Below, in pieces: positions 24,882 through 31,536 of a DNA stretch of 41,647 nucleotides. How positions within the stretch are numbered: the first letter of the stretch is position 1; every line of letters starts with the position of its first letter. The notes beneath the pieces were generated by a model. That model searched no databases. It was not told where the DNA came from and saw only the letters and a program-made list of their open reading frames with translations. This DNA is from a virus. The position numbers and the translations under genes were made by a program. Location: the IMG/VR virus record IMGVR_UViG_3300011240_000001, positions 1-41,647 of that record, one strand, 5' to 3'.

Positions 24882-26561
24882 TCATATGAAAAATACATTA
24901 TATTCCTTTTCTGAAACATCCGGTGCAAGGCTCATAAGTGCAACGGCATTAAACGTCGCAATCAATGGGTCAATTTTCCCGACACCTGATTCCTGTTTGG
25001 TGATCATCATGCCATTACCCTTCATTACTGCACGTGCATTACCAACACACCAAGTCATTAATCCCTGTCCAGCATGGTAGAGATTGCCTTCGGCAAGTTT
25101 TCGTTCTGTAGTGAGGATATAGCCCATCAACTTAAAGCCCTGCTGGACCGCAATAAGCTTATCTTCAGGAATGTCAGCACTAAGCAGGCCATCCAGTAGA
25201 CCGCCAAGCCCTTGTGGATCTAGGCCGATTTTGTCAAGCTTGCCAGAATCAAAAATCTTCTTAGCAATGGCCGCCAACTGATCAATGTCATCACCCACAC
25301 GCTCAACAATCGTCAAACTACCTTCTTTTTCGTAGTCAGCGTACTTTGGAGCATTCTCTTTACGTCTCTCGACTGCAGTCTTATTACACCAAGCATGATT
25401 CCAGAGCCACCAGATTCGAGAATTTCCTTTTAGCCTGCCTAAGGCGCTAAACCCCAAGAGATCATCTAACCCACCTCCATCCACACCTAGTGTGATTAAC
25501 TCTGATTTCTCAATCAGTCGATCCAGCGTGATAGTGTCTCTAGCCTGTTGAAGCCAATATTCAGCACCGGCCCAGCGGTTTGCGCGTAGGTTTAGGCCAA
25601 TTGGTACGTTTAAGTGTTTTGCGAGAAAGTCACGCAGCGATTCTTCACCAGCATCCTTAACCTTCTCAAATTCGTTAATCAGGTAATCAAGATCAACCGA
25701 TGCACCTAAGTTTGGGTTGGTGACATAAAAGTTTTCAGGCTTTAAGTGTTCACCTGCCTCAAGCATCCACTCAGGAAACTCGTAGATTAGCGGCAAGAAC
25801 TGAGGATTGACCTTTACACCATCCCGAATATCACGAGCATAGTCCAGCAACTGCTTAAATACACCGCATGGCGTTTCATCTGACATGGTGGACAGGTAAA
25901 TCACACAGCCTTCAGGCCGTGATGCCAGACCACCTTTCGCCTCACGAAACATTGATTCAGCGTTTGATCTTTTACCAAAAAGCCAAACCTCATCGATCAG
26001 GATAATTGAAGCCTTTTTGCCTGCTGCAGCATTACTTTCCGCAGCAATCACTTTTAAGGTCGCATTTGTACCCAAGTGAGTGACTGTTTTGGTGTGCTCG
26101 GAGACATTGAACATTTCCTGAAGCTCAGGATCTGCTCGAATGAAGTCTCGAATTGGATTAAAACTATTGTCCGCGACCTCTTTTGTGGGCGCCAACAGAA
26201 TAAGCTCAGCCGACATACGATCATTTAAGATCAAGGCCACCATCATGATTCCAGCTGCAATTGTCGACTTGGTGTTTTTCTTGGAGATCAGCAGGAAGAA
26301 TTCACGAATCAAACGCTTCTTCTGCTCTGGATCGTAGGCACCAAAGATTGCCCGGACAAATTCAATTACCCATGGCAATGTGACTTCGCCCATTTTTGGG
26401 CTACCCATCACATCGACCAAGATTAATTCTTTAAAAATCCGCTCTGCCACATCAGCCACTTCTGGAAAAAGCGGCTCACACGGCATCATGGATTCTTTGT
26501 TGACAATGCGTAACGCCCAATCTGGGCACGCTGTTGTCCAGGTTGGGAGCATTGCTGACAT
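24882..26561 (-). CDS. terL: Terminase large subunit
   Basis: 559 aa. The N-terminus ACPDWALRIVNKESMMP is typical of Terminase_1. A Walker A-like segment is in LLISKKNTKST and a Walker B-like segment in ASIILIDEV. Confidence 0.92.
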   Translation of the reverse strand: MSAMLPTWTTACPDWALRIVNKESMMPCEPLFPEVADVAERIFKELILVDVMGSPKMGEVTLPWVIEFVRAIFGAYDPEQKKRLIREFFLLISKKNTKSTIAAGIMMVALILNDRMSAELILLAPTKEVADNSFNPIRDFIRADPELQEMFNVSEHTKTVTHLGTNATLKVIAAESNAAAGKKASIILIDEVWLFGKRSNAESMFREAKGGLASRPEGCVIYLSTMSDETPCGVFKQLLDYARDIRDGVKVNPQFLPLIYEFPEWMLEAGEHLKPENFYVTNPNLGASVDLDYLINEFEKVKDAGEESLRDFLAKHLNVPIGLNLRANRWAGAEYWLQQARDTITLDRLIEKSELITLGVDGGGLDDLLGFSALGRLKGNSRIWWLWNHAWCNKTAVERRKENAPKYADYEKEGSLTIVERVGDDIDQLAAIAKKIFDSGKLDKIGLDPQGLGGLLDGLLSADIPEDKLIAVQQGFKLMGYILTTERKLAEGNLYHAGQGLMTWCVGNARAVMKGNGMMITKQESGVGKIDPLIATFNAVALMSLAPDVSEKEYNVFFI

Positions 26562-26732
26562 AAGTTACCTATTAAACTTGGATGGCAAGTTGCGAACCCT
26601 TGCTTGTATGGCTGAGATAAGCCGATGTTTAGTGGTACATTCGAAAACCTGGCTACGCATCCCCATACTGGTTCAGGACATTGCTTTCTCTCTCACCGTA
26701 TCGCCTACGGATTCATCCAAAACTGGTGCATT

Positions 26733-26756
26733 AAAAAACCGCCTCGATGGGCGGCT
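26733..26756 (-). terminator. Rho-independent terminator between the terS-side genes and terL
   Basis: Minus-strand CCGCC-CAUCGA-GGCGG followed by UUUUUU. Confidence 0.7.
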
Positions 26757-26781
26757 TATTTGTGCATAAACTTCTATTTAT

Positions 26782-26970
26782 TTAGGGTTTGTCGATGAAA
26801 TCACGGATATCCCGCCCTCTGCCTTTACAGGTAACTTCATCCGCTACCAGATATTCTTCATTTTGCTGATTATTAATCAACTCAAATTCAAACATTCTAG
26901 GAAAGTTAGCCTTTGCAAATCTTTCTGCAAATTTTTCTACATTAAAATCTGGGTGGTCCATTGTGTTCAT
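26782..26970 (-). CDS. Hypothetical protein (62 aa)
   Basis: ORF between terS and terL, followed by its own terminator. Confidence 0.55.
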   Translation of the reverse strand: MNTMDHPDFNVEKFAERFAKANFPRMFEFELINNQQNEEYLVADEVTCKGRGRDIRDFIDKP

Positions 26971-27006
26971 AGTTTTTATCCAGAAGTTTTGATTCTATAT
27001 TATACA

Positions 27007-27474
27007 TCAACTTCTCAATTGTGAACCCAGTGTTCCAAACTTCCCGCCTTGAGTGGCTTTTTTGGCTTCATCGGCTTTAGTTTCTTTCTTGCCTTTTTCA
27101 GCAACCTTGCCGTGTACATAAGGCAAAGCAGCTTTTGCGGCATTGAAACGCAAGAACATATCGTCACTCTTATTCATGACATCAATCAGGAATTGCAGTG
27201 GATCATCCTTTGCATAATCCTCATCATCCAAAGGGTTGTCATCTTCATGAGTGCTGATCGTTTTAACTTTCGGTTTTTCAGAAGTTAAACTTCGGCCTTC
27301 TTTATCAGCCTTTAACTTTTCAATGTAGACAATAATCTCAGGATCTTTTCTTAGTTTTGACCCTGCCTGTGATGCTGTCTTTTCTGCATAACCTGCTGAA
27401 ATTGCAGCTTCTTTGTTGCTTAAGCCGTCAACAACGGCCTGAGCAAACTTTTTCATTTTTTCGCTTAGTGCCAT
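27007..27474 (-). CDS. terS: Terminase small subunit
   Basis: KKFAQAVVDGLSNKEAAISAGYAEKTASQAGSKLRKDPEI is the HTH N-terminus typical of the P27/Terminase_2 family. Confidence 0.8.
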   Translation of the reverse strand: MALSEKMKKFAQAVVDGLSNKEAAISAGYAEKTASQAGSKLRKDPEIIVYIEKLKADKEGRSLTSEKPKVKTISTHEDDNPLDDEDYAKDDPLQFLIDVMNKSDDMFLRFNAAKAALPYVHGKVAEKGKKETKADEAKKATQGGKFGTLGSQLRS

Positions 27475-27588
27475 TGGTTAACCTTTAACTTTTCGCTTTA
27501 ACTTTTGCTGAAATGGGAAATTTTTTTATGCGTGGGATGGGCGGCGGTGTCCGCTGGCTCAGGGTTTCAAACTTTTTGACTCCCCCCC
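27475..27588. other. Candidate cos/packaging-recognition region
   Basis: Non-coding gap between the HNH-side genes and terS. It holds a C8/G8 run at 27582-27589, a locally GC-rich segment, and the direct repeat CTTTAACTTTT at 27482-27492 and 27495-27505. Confidence 0.35.
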
Positions 27589-27768
27589 CTACCATCTGCG
27601 ACGACGATCATCTTCCTGAACATCTCTCTGCACAACCTTCGCCACACCTTTTAACTGGGCTGCCATCTTGCAGTAATTCTCTATATCTTCGCGCTGAATG
27701 ACCTTGCCGGCCTGTAATGATGCGACAAGATAGTCATGCGCCATATCTTCAATAGTTTTCTCAGTCAT
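27589..27768 (-). CDS. Small hypothetical protein (59 aa), not in the ORF track
   Basis: ATGA overlap with the HNH stop. It translates as MTEKTIEDMAHDYLVASLQAGKVIQREDIENYCKMAAQLKGVAKVVQRDVQEDDRRRRW. Confidence 0.55.
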   Translation of the reverse strand: MTEKTIEDMAHDYLVASLQAGKVIQREDIENYCKMAAQLKGVAKVVQRDVQEDDRRRRW

Positions 27769-28055
27769 ACTCGACTCTCCTTGCTCGTCTTCTTCTTATG
27801 ACATGGCACACACAACGACTGAAGGTTAGCTTCATCATCCGTACCGCCTTGAGCCACATTAACGATATGGTCCAACTCAAGCTCCATAGTCACACGACCA
27901 CATGAACAGCAGGTCCACTCATCACGTGTATGAATCTTCTGCTTAAGTCTGCGCCACGGTCTACCACCACGACCTTGACCCCAATTATTCTTAGGTGGTC
28001 TCGGTGCCTTCGGTGTCATCGCCTGTAGTTTGCTTTGCAGTCTGGGTAGTTTCAT
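27765..28055 (-). CDS. HNH endonuclease (terminase-associated type)
   Basis: CCSCG....LELDHIVNVAQGGTDDEANLQSLCVPCHKKKT is an H-N-H motif with flanking Cys pairs. The gene lies just upstream of terS. Confidence 0.9.
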   Translation of the reverse strand: MKLPRLQSKLQAMTPKAPRPPKNNWGQGRGGRPWRRLKQKIHTRDEWTCCSCGRVTMELELDHIVNVAQGGTDDEANLQSLCVPCHKKKTSKESRV

Positions 28056-28058
28056 ATC

Positions 28059-28259
28059 CTACCCATCCAAATACTGTGACTTCGGCTTCTCATCATCACC
28101 ACTTTCCAACTGAATCAATAGCTCATTGATCTGAGCATTCTGTTCATTGTTGATCTGGATGACTTGGGCCACTTGGTTTATTAGTTGGTTGTTCTGCTCG
28201 ATTAGCTTTAGAAGTAAGTCGTTCGATACACAACCGCATTCGTTCTTTTGCTCGTTCAC
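28059..28259 (-). CDS. Hypothetical Q/N-rich coiled-coil protein
   Basis: GTG start preceded by AAGGAAG. The gene ends 3 nt before the HNH start. Confidence 0.5.
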   Translation of the reverse strand: MNEQKNECGCVSNDLLLKLIEQNNQLINQVAQVIQINNEQNAQINELLIQLESGDDEKPKSQYLDG

Positions 28260-28312
28260 TTTGCTTCCTTATCCATTCACGTCTTGCTTCACAGCCTTGG
28301 CATGTCATTAAC

Positions 28313-28801
28313 CTACTCCTGATAACACCACTTCAAATCATCCGGCACAGTCAAATGCACATGCAACTGAGTCACAGCAAAGTCATGCACATAATTCAAA
28401 TACTCGGTCATTTGCTTAACTGTCGCCTTGGTTGTACTGCAAAGCCTGATGACCTGTTCACCGATAGCCTTATACTCATCTGGTTCGGTTTGCTTTACCT
28501 TAGCAATGGCATGACACATTTCAGCAAACTGCTGGTCATCTCGACGGTAGATATAAATCAGGAATTTCTTCTTGAACTCGTAATGGAGTGAGTTTTCATC
28601 CTGACCAGTCTTTCTTCTAATCTCACCGATCCATTTCCAGTAAAGTCTGTTCTGCGCTGCCGATCTTTCATCTGGTGTTTGATTAATCCTCACCACCAAC
28701 GGCTTACCCTCATTAATCGCTTGAGTGTAATTGGTATGCATGTAGTTAATGGCTTTGGTGATGTCAGCATGCGACTGGATAGGAAACACGGCTTTTTGCA
28801 T
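28313..28801 (-). CDS. NinB/Orf-like recombination protein (putative)
   Basis: KPLVVRINQTPDERSAAQNRLYWKWIGEI parallels lambda NinB KPIVVTIQERNRSLDQNRKLWACLGDV. Confidence 0.5.
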   Translation of the reverse strand: MQKAVFPIQSHADITKAINYMHTNYTQAINEGKPLVVRINQTPDERSAAQNRLYWKWIGEIRRKTGQDENSLHYEFKKKFLIYIYRRDDQQFAEMCHAIAKVKQTEPDEYKAIGEQVIRLCSTTKATVKQMTEYLNYVHDFAVTQLHVHLTVPDDLKWCYQE

Positions 28802-28820
28802 TTCCTATCCACCCTTAAAA

Positions 28821-29222
28821 TTACTTCACGATTTCTACTGTTGCGCCATATCGATTGGTCACATACAGCTGATCGCCTTTGTATAAAAACAACTTGGCAA
28901 AGCCAAAACCATCACTTCCTTTTTCTGGAATAGCTGGAGCGATCTGACAAGTCTCATTGAGACAAAGAATGCCAATGCATTGCTCTTTTGCAACACCACT
29001 CACACCCTCACGATCAACAACATTGGTGTATTCATTCATCAACTTATTGTCTTGTGGATCTGGTGTGCAATAACACTCGATTAAGTCAGGCGCCTCGCTG
29101 TTATAAGCTTTAGCCATATCCCAATCTTCATCCCATGATTCCGAACCCTGTCGAGCAATCACGATATCTTTTAACTCGGTTACCGAAGTAACACCATTTT
29201 GGATAAGTTTTACTGTAAACAT
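28821..29222 (-). CDS. Hypothetical protein
   Basis: AGGAG lies 8 nt before ATG 29222. The upstream part of the tracked ORF overlaps a terminator. Confidence 0.6.
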   Translation of the reverse strand: MFTVKLIQNGVTSVTELKDIVIARQGSESWDEDWDMAKAYNSEAPDLIECYCTPDPQDNKLMNEYTNVVDREGVSGVAKEQCIGILCLNETCQIAPAIPEKGSDGFGFAKLFLYKGDQLYVTNRYGATVEIVK

Positions 29223-29250
29223 TTCTGTTTCTCCTGTTTCTACTTGCAAT

Positions 29251-29275
29251 AAAAAAGAGCGCCTTAGCGCCCTTT
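29251..29275 (-). terminator. Rho-independent terminator
   Basis: Minus-strand GGGCGC-UAAG-GCGCUC (one G-U pair) followed by UUUUUU. Confidence 0.7.
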
Positions 29276-29279
29276 CGGT

Positions 29280-29555
29280 TTAAAAAATCTCTTTGTCTGT
29301 TTGATTCAACATTCGATTCACTTTCACCAACCACTGATCAAACATGGCTTCACTCTCTGTCCGATTACCTAATTGAAAGGTATCGAACCTGAAGTGACAG
29401 GAATGACATAGCGGTACTGTGAACTCATCACTAGCCTTAATCGATCTACCCTTACCATGCTTGGCACTATTTGAATGAGCAGCCTGGCTATTAGGATTAC
29501 CACACCGAATGCATGGCAGCTTTCTGATTTCTGCGAGTCTTTTGGGGTTGCGCAT
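29280..29555 (-). CDS. YbcO/DUF1364-like putative nuclease
   Basis: LPCIRCGNPNSQAAHSNSAKHGKGRSIKASDEFTVPLCHSCH matches the Cys/His pattern of lambdoid YbcO-family proteins. Confidence 0.6.
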   Translation of the reverse strand: MRNPKRLAEIRKLPCIRCGNPNSQAAHSNSAKHGKGRSIKASDEFTVPLCHSCHFRFDTFQLGNRTESEAMFDQWLVKVNRMLNQTDKEIF

Positions 29556-29718
29556 TTAACTGTTCTTCTATGCCTGCAATCTGCTTATTCACTTTGCGAA
29601 GTTCAGCACCACACATTTCTTTAAATGCATAGCTTGAATACAAATGGTTGTAATTCATTAATCGACTGCGGTTTCTTTCGAGTACTTCTAAATTCCGTTT
29701 TGCTTCTACTGTATCCAT
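29497..29718 (-). CDS. Hypothetical coiled-coil protein
   Basis: I preferred the ATG at 29718 (MDTVEAKRN...). The gene overlaps the next gene by 59 nt. Confidence 0.5.
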   Translation of the reverse strand: MDTVEAKRNLEVLERNRSRLMNYNHLYSSYAFKEMCGAELRKVNKQIAGIEEQLNAQPQKTRRNQKAAMHSVW

Positions 29719-29779
29719 AACCCATCCCAACCTTCAGATATTGCAGCCTTCATTCACATTCACCACCAATAAGAAAAGA

Positions 29780-29813
29780 AAAACCCCTTAACATCTAGAA
29801 TGCGAGGGGTTTT
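29780..29813 (-). terminator. Hairpin terminator (9-bp stem), T-rich on both sides
   Basis: AAAACCCCT-N16-AGGGGTTTT. The minus strand continues UUUUUCUUUUCUU. Confidence 0.55.
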
Positions 29814-29904
29814 GTTTAACGTAATATGTTCGAAAAAATAACACTTTGTTAATGTAATGTTAACAATATCACTTTAAAGTTAATTCAATTATTACTTTAA
29901 TGCG

Positions 29905-30093
29905 ATGCAAGTCATGAAATACATTTTTTTACTGGTACTCTCTGTATTATTACTTGCTGCAGGTGTTATTGCTTTTGGAGTTGGGTTTTATACCGGAGAT
30001 GCATTTTTCATAGTAATTGGAGTATTGCTACTTGTAGCCTCGACTTTAGCTTACCTTGAAGCAAAGAAAACAAAACACGATCCATTCTCATGA
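29905..30093 (+). CDS. Small two-TM membrane protein, oriented against the late operon
   Basis: MKYIFLLVLSVLLLAAGVIAFGVGFY and FFIVIGVLLLVASTLAYL form two hydrophobic helices with a basic tail. The start is ATG 29905 or 29914. Confidence 0.6.
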   Translation: MQVMKYIFLLVLSVLLLAAGVIAFGVGFYTGDAFFIVIGVLLLVASTLAYLEAKKTKHDPFS

Positions 30094-30213
30094 GTGATCC
30101 TGCTTCACTTCTTTCAAACAATCACGACACACCTTGATTTCTTCATCATCAATTGTGTAGTCAACCTTAGTCGCACCGTGGAAGCCGAATAAACACATCA
30201 GTAATCTAAGCAT
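30088..30213 (-). CDS. Small Cys/His protein (41 aa), not in the ORF track
   Basis: AGGAG lies 7 nt before ATG 30213. It translates as MLRLLMCLFGFHGATKVDYTIDDEEIKVCRDCLKEVKQDHS. Its stop overlaps the stop of the convergent gene within TCATGA. Confidence 0.5.
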   Translation of the reverse strand: MLRLLMCLFGFHGATKVDYTIDDEEIKVCRDCLKEVKQDHS

Positions 30214-30401
30214 AATTTTACTCCTGGACAATCAAGCAATCATGTCGCAAGAAATATCAGTTATTTTCACTTATGAAACATAAATTTATAATATTCATTG
30301 CTGAAATAATGTCATTAACTTTGTCGAACTAAGCAAGATTCCTTCCTGGTTAATTAAGCATTTTAATTTGATATGATTACACTAATATTTCTCAGGGCAA
30401 T

Positions 30402-30428
30402 AAAAAAGCCCACCATTTGGCGAGCTTT
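30402..30428 (-). terminator. Second copy of the duplicated late-leader terminator
   Basis: Minus-strand GCUCGCC-AAAU-GGUGGGC (two G-U pairs, so strand-specific) followed by UUUUUU. Confidence 0.75.
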
Positions 30429-30447
30429 GATGTATGTAAAATCTGGG

Positions 30448-30493
30448 TGGCGGCATTAATTTAAAAACCATTAGAAATTAATAGGAACCGCCA
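30448..30493 (-). other. Extended hairpin between the two identical terminators
   Basis: TGGCGG pairs with CCGCCA and ATTAATTT pairs with AAATTAAT, around a 12-nt loop. Confidence 0.5.
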
Positions 30494-30499
30494 TAATGC

Positions 30500-30526
30500 A
30501 AAAAGCCCACCATTTGGCGAGCTTTT
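30500..30526 (-). terminator. First copy of the duplicated late-leader terminator
   Basis: It shares the same 26-nt string AAAAAGCCCACCATTTGGCGAGCTTT (plus strand) with 30403-30428. Confidence 0.75.
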
Positions 30527-30560
30527 AAATCAATCTAGTGCTTTAACGTACACTTCGATC

Positions 30561-30600
30561 ACTATAACAGAAATATGCCATATCCTGTCCGGACAGTCAA
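30561..30600 (-). promoter_or_regulatory. Candidate late promoter (PR'-like) with palindrome and a downstream -10-like element
   Basis: Minus-strand TTGACT (30600-30595), a 17-nt spacer containing TGTCCGGACA, CATATT (30577-30572), then TGTTATAGT (30569-30561). Confidence 0.5.
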
Positions 30601-30608
30601 ATACTTAA

Positions 30609-31049
30609 TCAATCTAATTTCAAGCGCTTATCATGGCCTGCTAAATAGAATTTTCCAGCATATACCATCCCTTCAATCGAAGTCTTGCCCATGCCTCGTT
30701 CATGTGCCAACTGACGCAACGACATCCCACGTACGCATTTATCAATAAAGATCTCAACCGCTACCTTTGCCGAAGCACAAACCGAACTCGACTTATTAAA
30801 ATCCACAATCAACTTCCGCACCTGCTCAGCCTCAAAATCATTAATCTGGCAAATAACCTGATCCTTACGTGGTGCCACCCCTTTGTTATTTTCAAGAATC
30901 AGCCAGTAAATCTGATTTACCCCAAGTGAGTCCGGCTCATGACCTGACTTCATACGTGAAATCTGGATGTATGCCCCATACTGCTTAAGCCAATCTTCAA
31001 TACTAAAACGATCCCAATCCATCACTTCCGCCTTAACCATCGCATTCAT
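30609..31049 (-). CDS. Antitermination protein Q-like (phage 82/21 type)
   Basis: The C-terminal segment VCASAKVAVEIFIDKCVRGMSLRQLAHERGMGKTSIEGMVYAGKFYLAG parallels the QuuD-type sequence LLVDYYVVGMTFMSLAGK....IGKRLQKAEGIIEGML. The gene is followed by a promoter plus terminators. Confidence 0.6.
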   Translation of the reverse strand: MNAMVKAEVMDWDRFSIEDWLKQYGAYIQISRMKSGHEPDSLGVNQIYWLILENNKGVAPRKDQVICQINDFEAEQVRKLIVDFNKSSSVCASAKVAVEIFIDKCVRGMSLRQLAHERGMGKTSIEGMVYAGKFYLAGHDKRLKLD

Positions 31050-31061
31050 CCCTATTCCCTC

Positions 31062-31526
31062 TTAAATCTTTTCGAAATCGAAGCCATCGCGGCTGGTGTA
31101 AATTTTTGCTATATGTCGCAGTGCTTCTTCTTCGGTATCAAACATCATTGAAAATGTTTTGAATTGGATCTTTTTTCCATTTGATAAAACCCTGTGCTTG
31201 AAAGTGTAATTATCAAAGTCTTGTCCAGTGCCCTCTCGAAATCCCATCAAGAAGTGACTTAGCTTTTCTCCTACCCACCAAATTTGATTTTCAGGAATAA
31301 ATCGCAACCGATCCCGAACAAGCTCACGGCAAAATGGATGACGGACATGCTGATGATCTGCTTCAATTATCCAGTGTCGATCTGGTAGGCGCTGAAGGTA
31401 TTCAATTAAATCCTTAATCAATTCCACATGAAGTTTTTCCTTAACTTCAACAATTGGCGTCCAATATGCTGTTGGTACATCAACCCAATTAAAATCAGGC
31501 ACATCTATTTCTAATTTAAGTTTCAT
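31062..31526 (-). CDS. Hypothetical protein
   Basis: 154-codon ORF in the nin-like region. Confidence 0.6.
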   Translation of the reverse strand: MKLKLEIDVPDFNWVDVPTAYWTPIVEVKEKLHVELIKDLIEYLQRLPDRHWIIEADHQHVRHPFCRELVRDRLRFIPENQIWWVGEKLSHFLMGFREGTGQDFDNYTFKHRVLSNGKKIQFKTFSMMFDTEEEALRHIAKIYTSRDGFDFEKI

Positions 31527-31536
31527 GGCTCACCCC

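Noticed and set aside
26562-26640. tRNA-like appearance on the minus strand: hairpin GCAAG-GGTTCGCAA-CTTGC followed by CATCCAA, which is complementary to an upstream TTGGATG.
   Set aside because: The loop is 9 nt and not a 7-nt T-loop, and position 58 is not A. The paired arms are about 130 nt apart, and no D arm or anticodon arm can be drawn. I kept it only as part of the leader observation.
26380-27701. Plus-strand ORFs 26380-26769 and 27513-27701.
   Set aside because: The first runs antisense over the terL start and the non-coding leader. The second covers the GC-rich gap and is antisense to the better-supported 59-aa minus-strand ORF, which is coupled to the HNH gene.
28144-28308. Alternative-frame minus-strand ORF (MTCQGCEARREWIRKQ..., about 54 aa) overlapping the 28059-28259 gene.
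   Set aside because: It overlaps almost all of the tracked ORF. The tracked ORF has the better SD (AAGGAAG) and ends 3 nt before the HNH start. I cannot decide between the two without comparative or ribosome data, so it is not reported as a feature.
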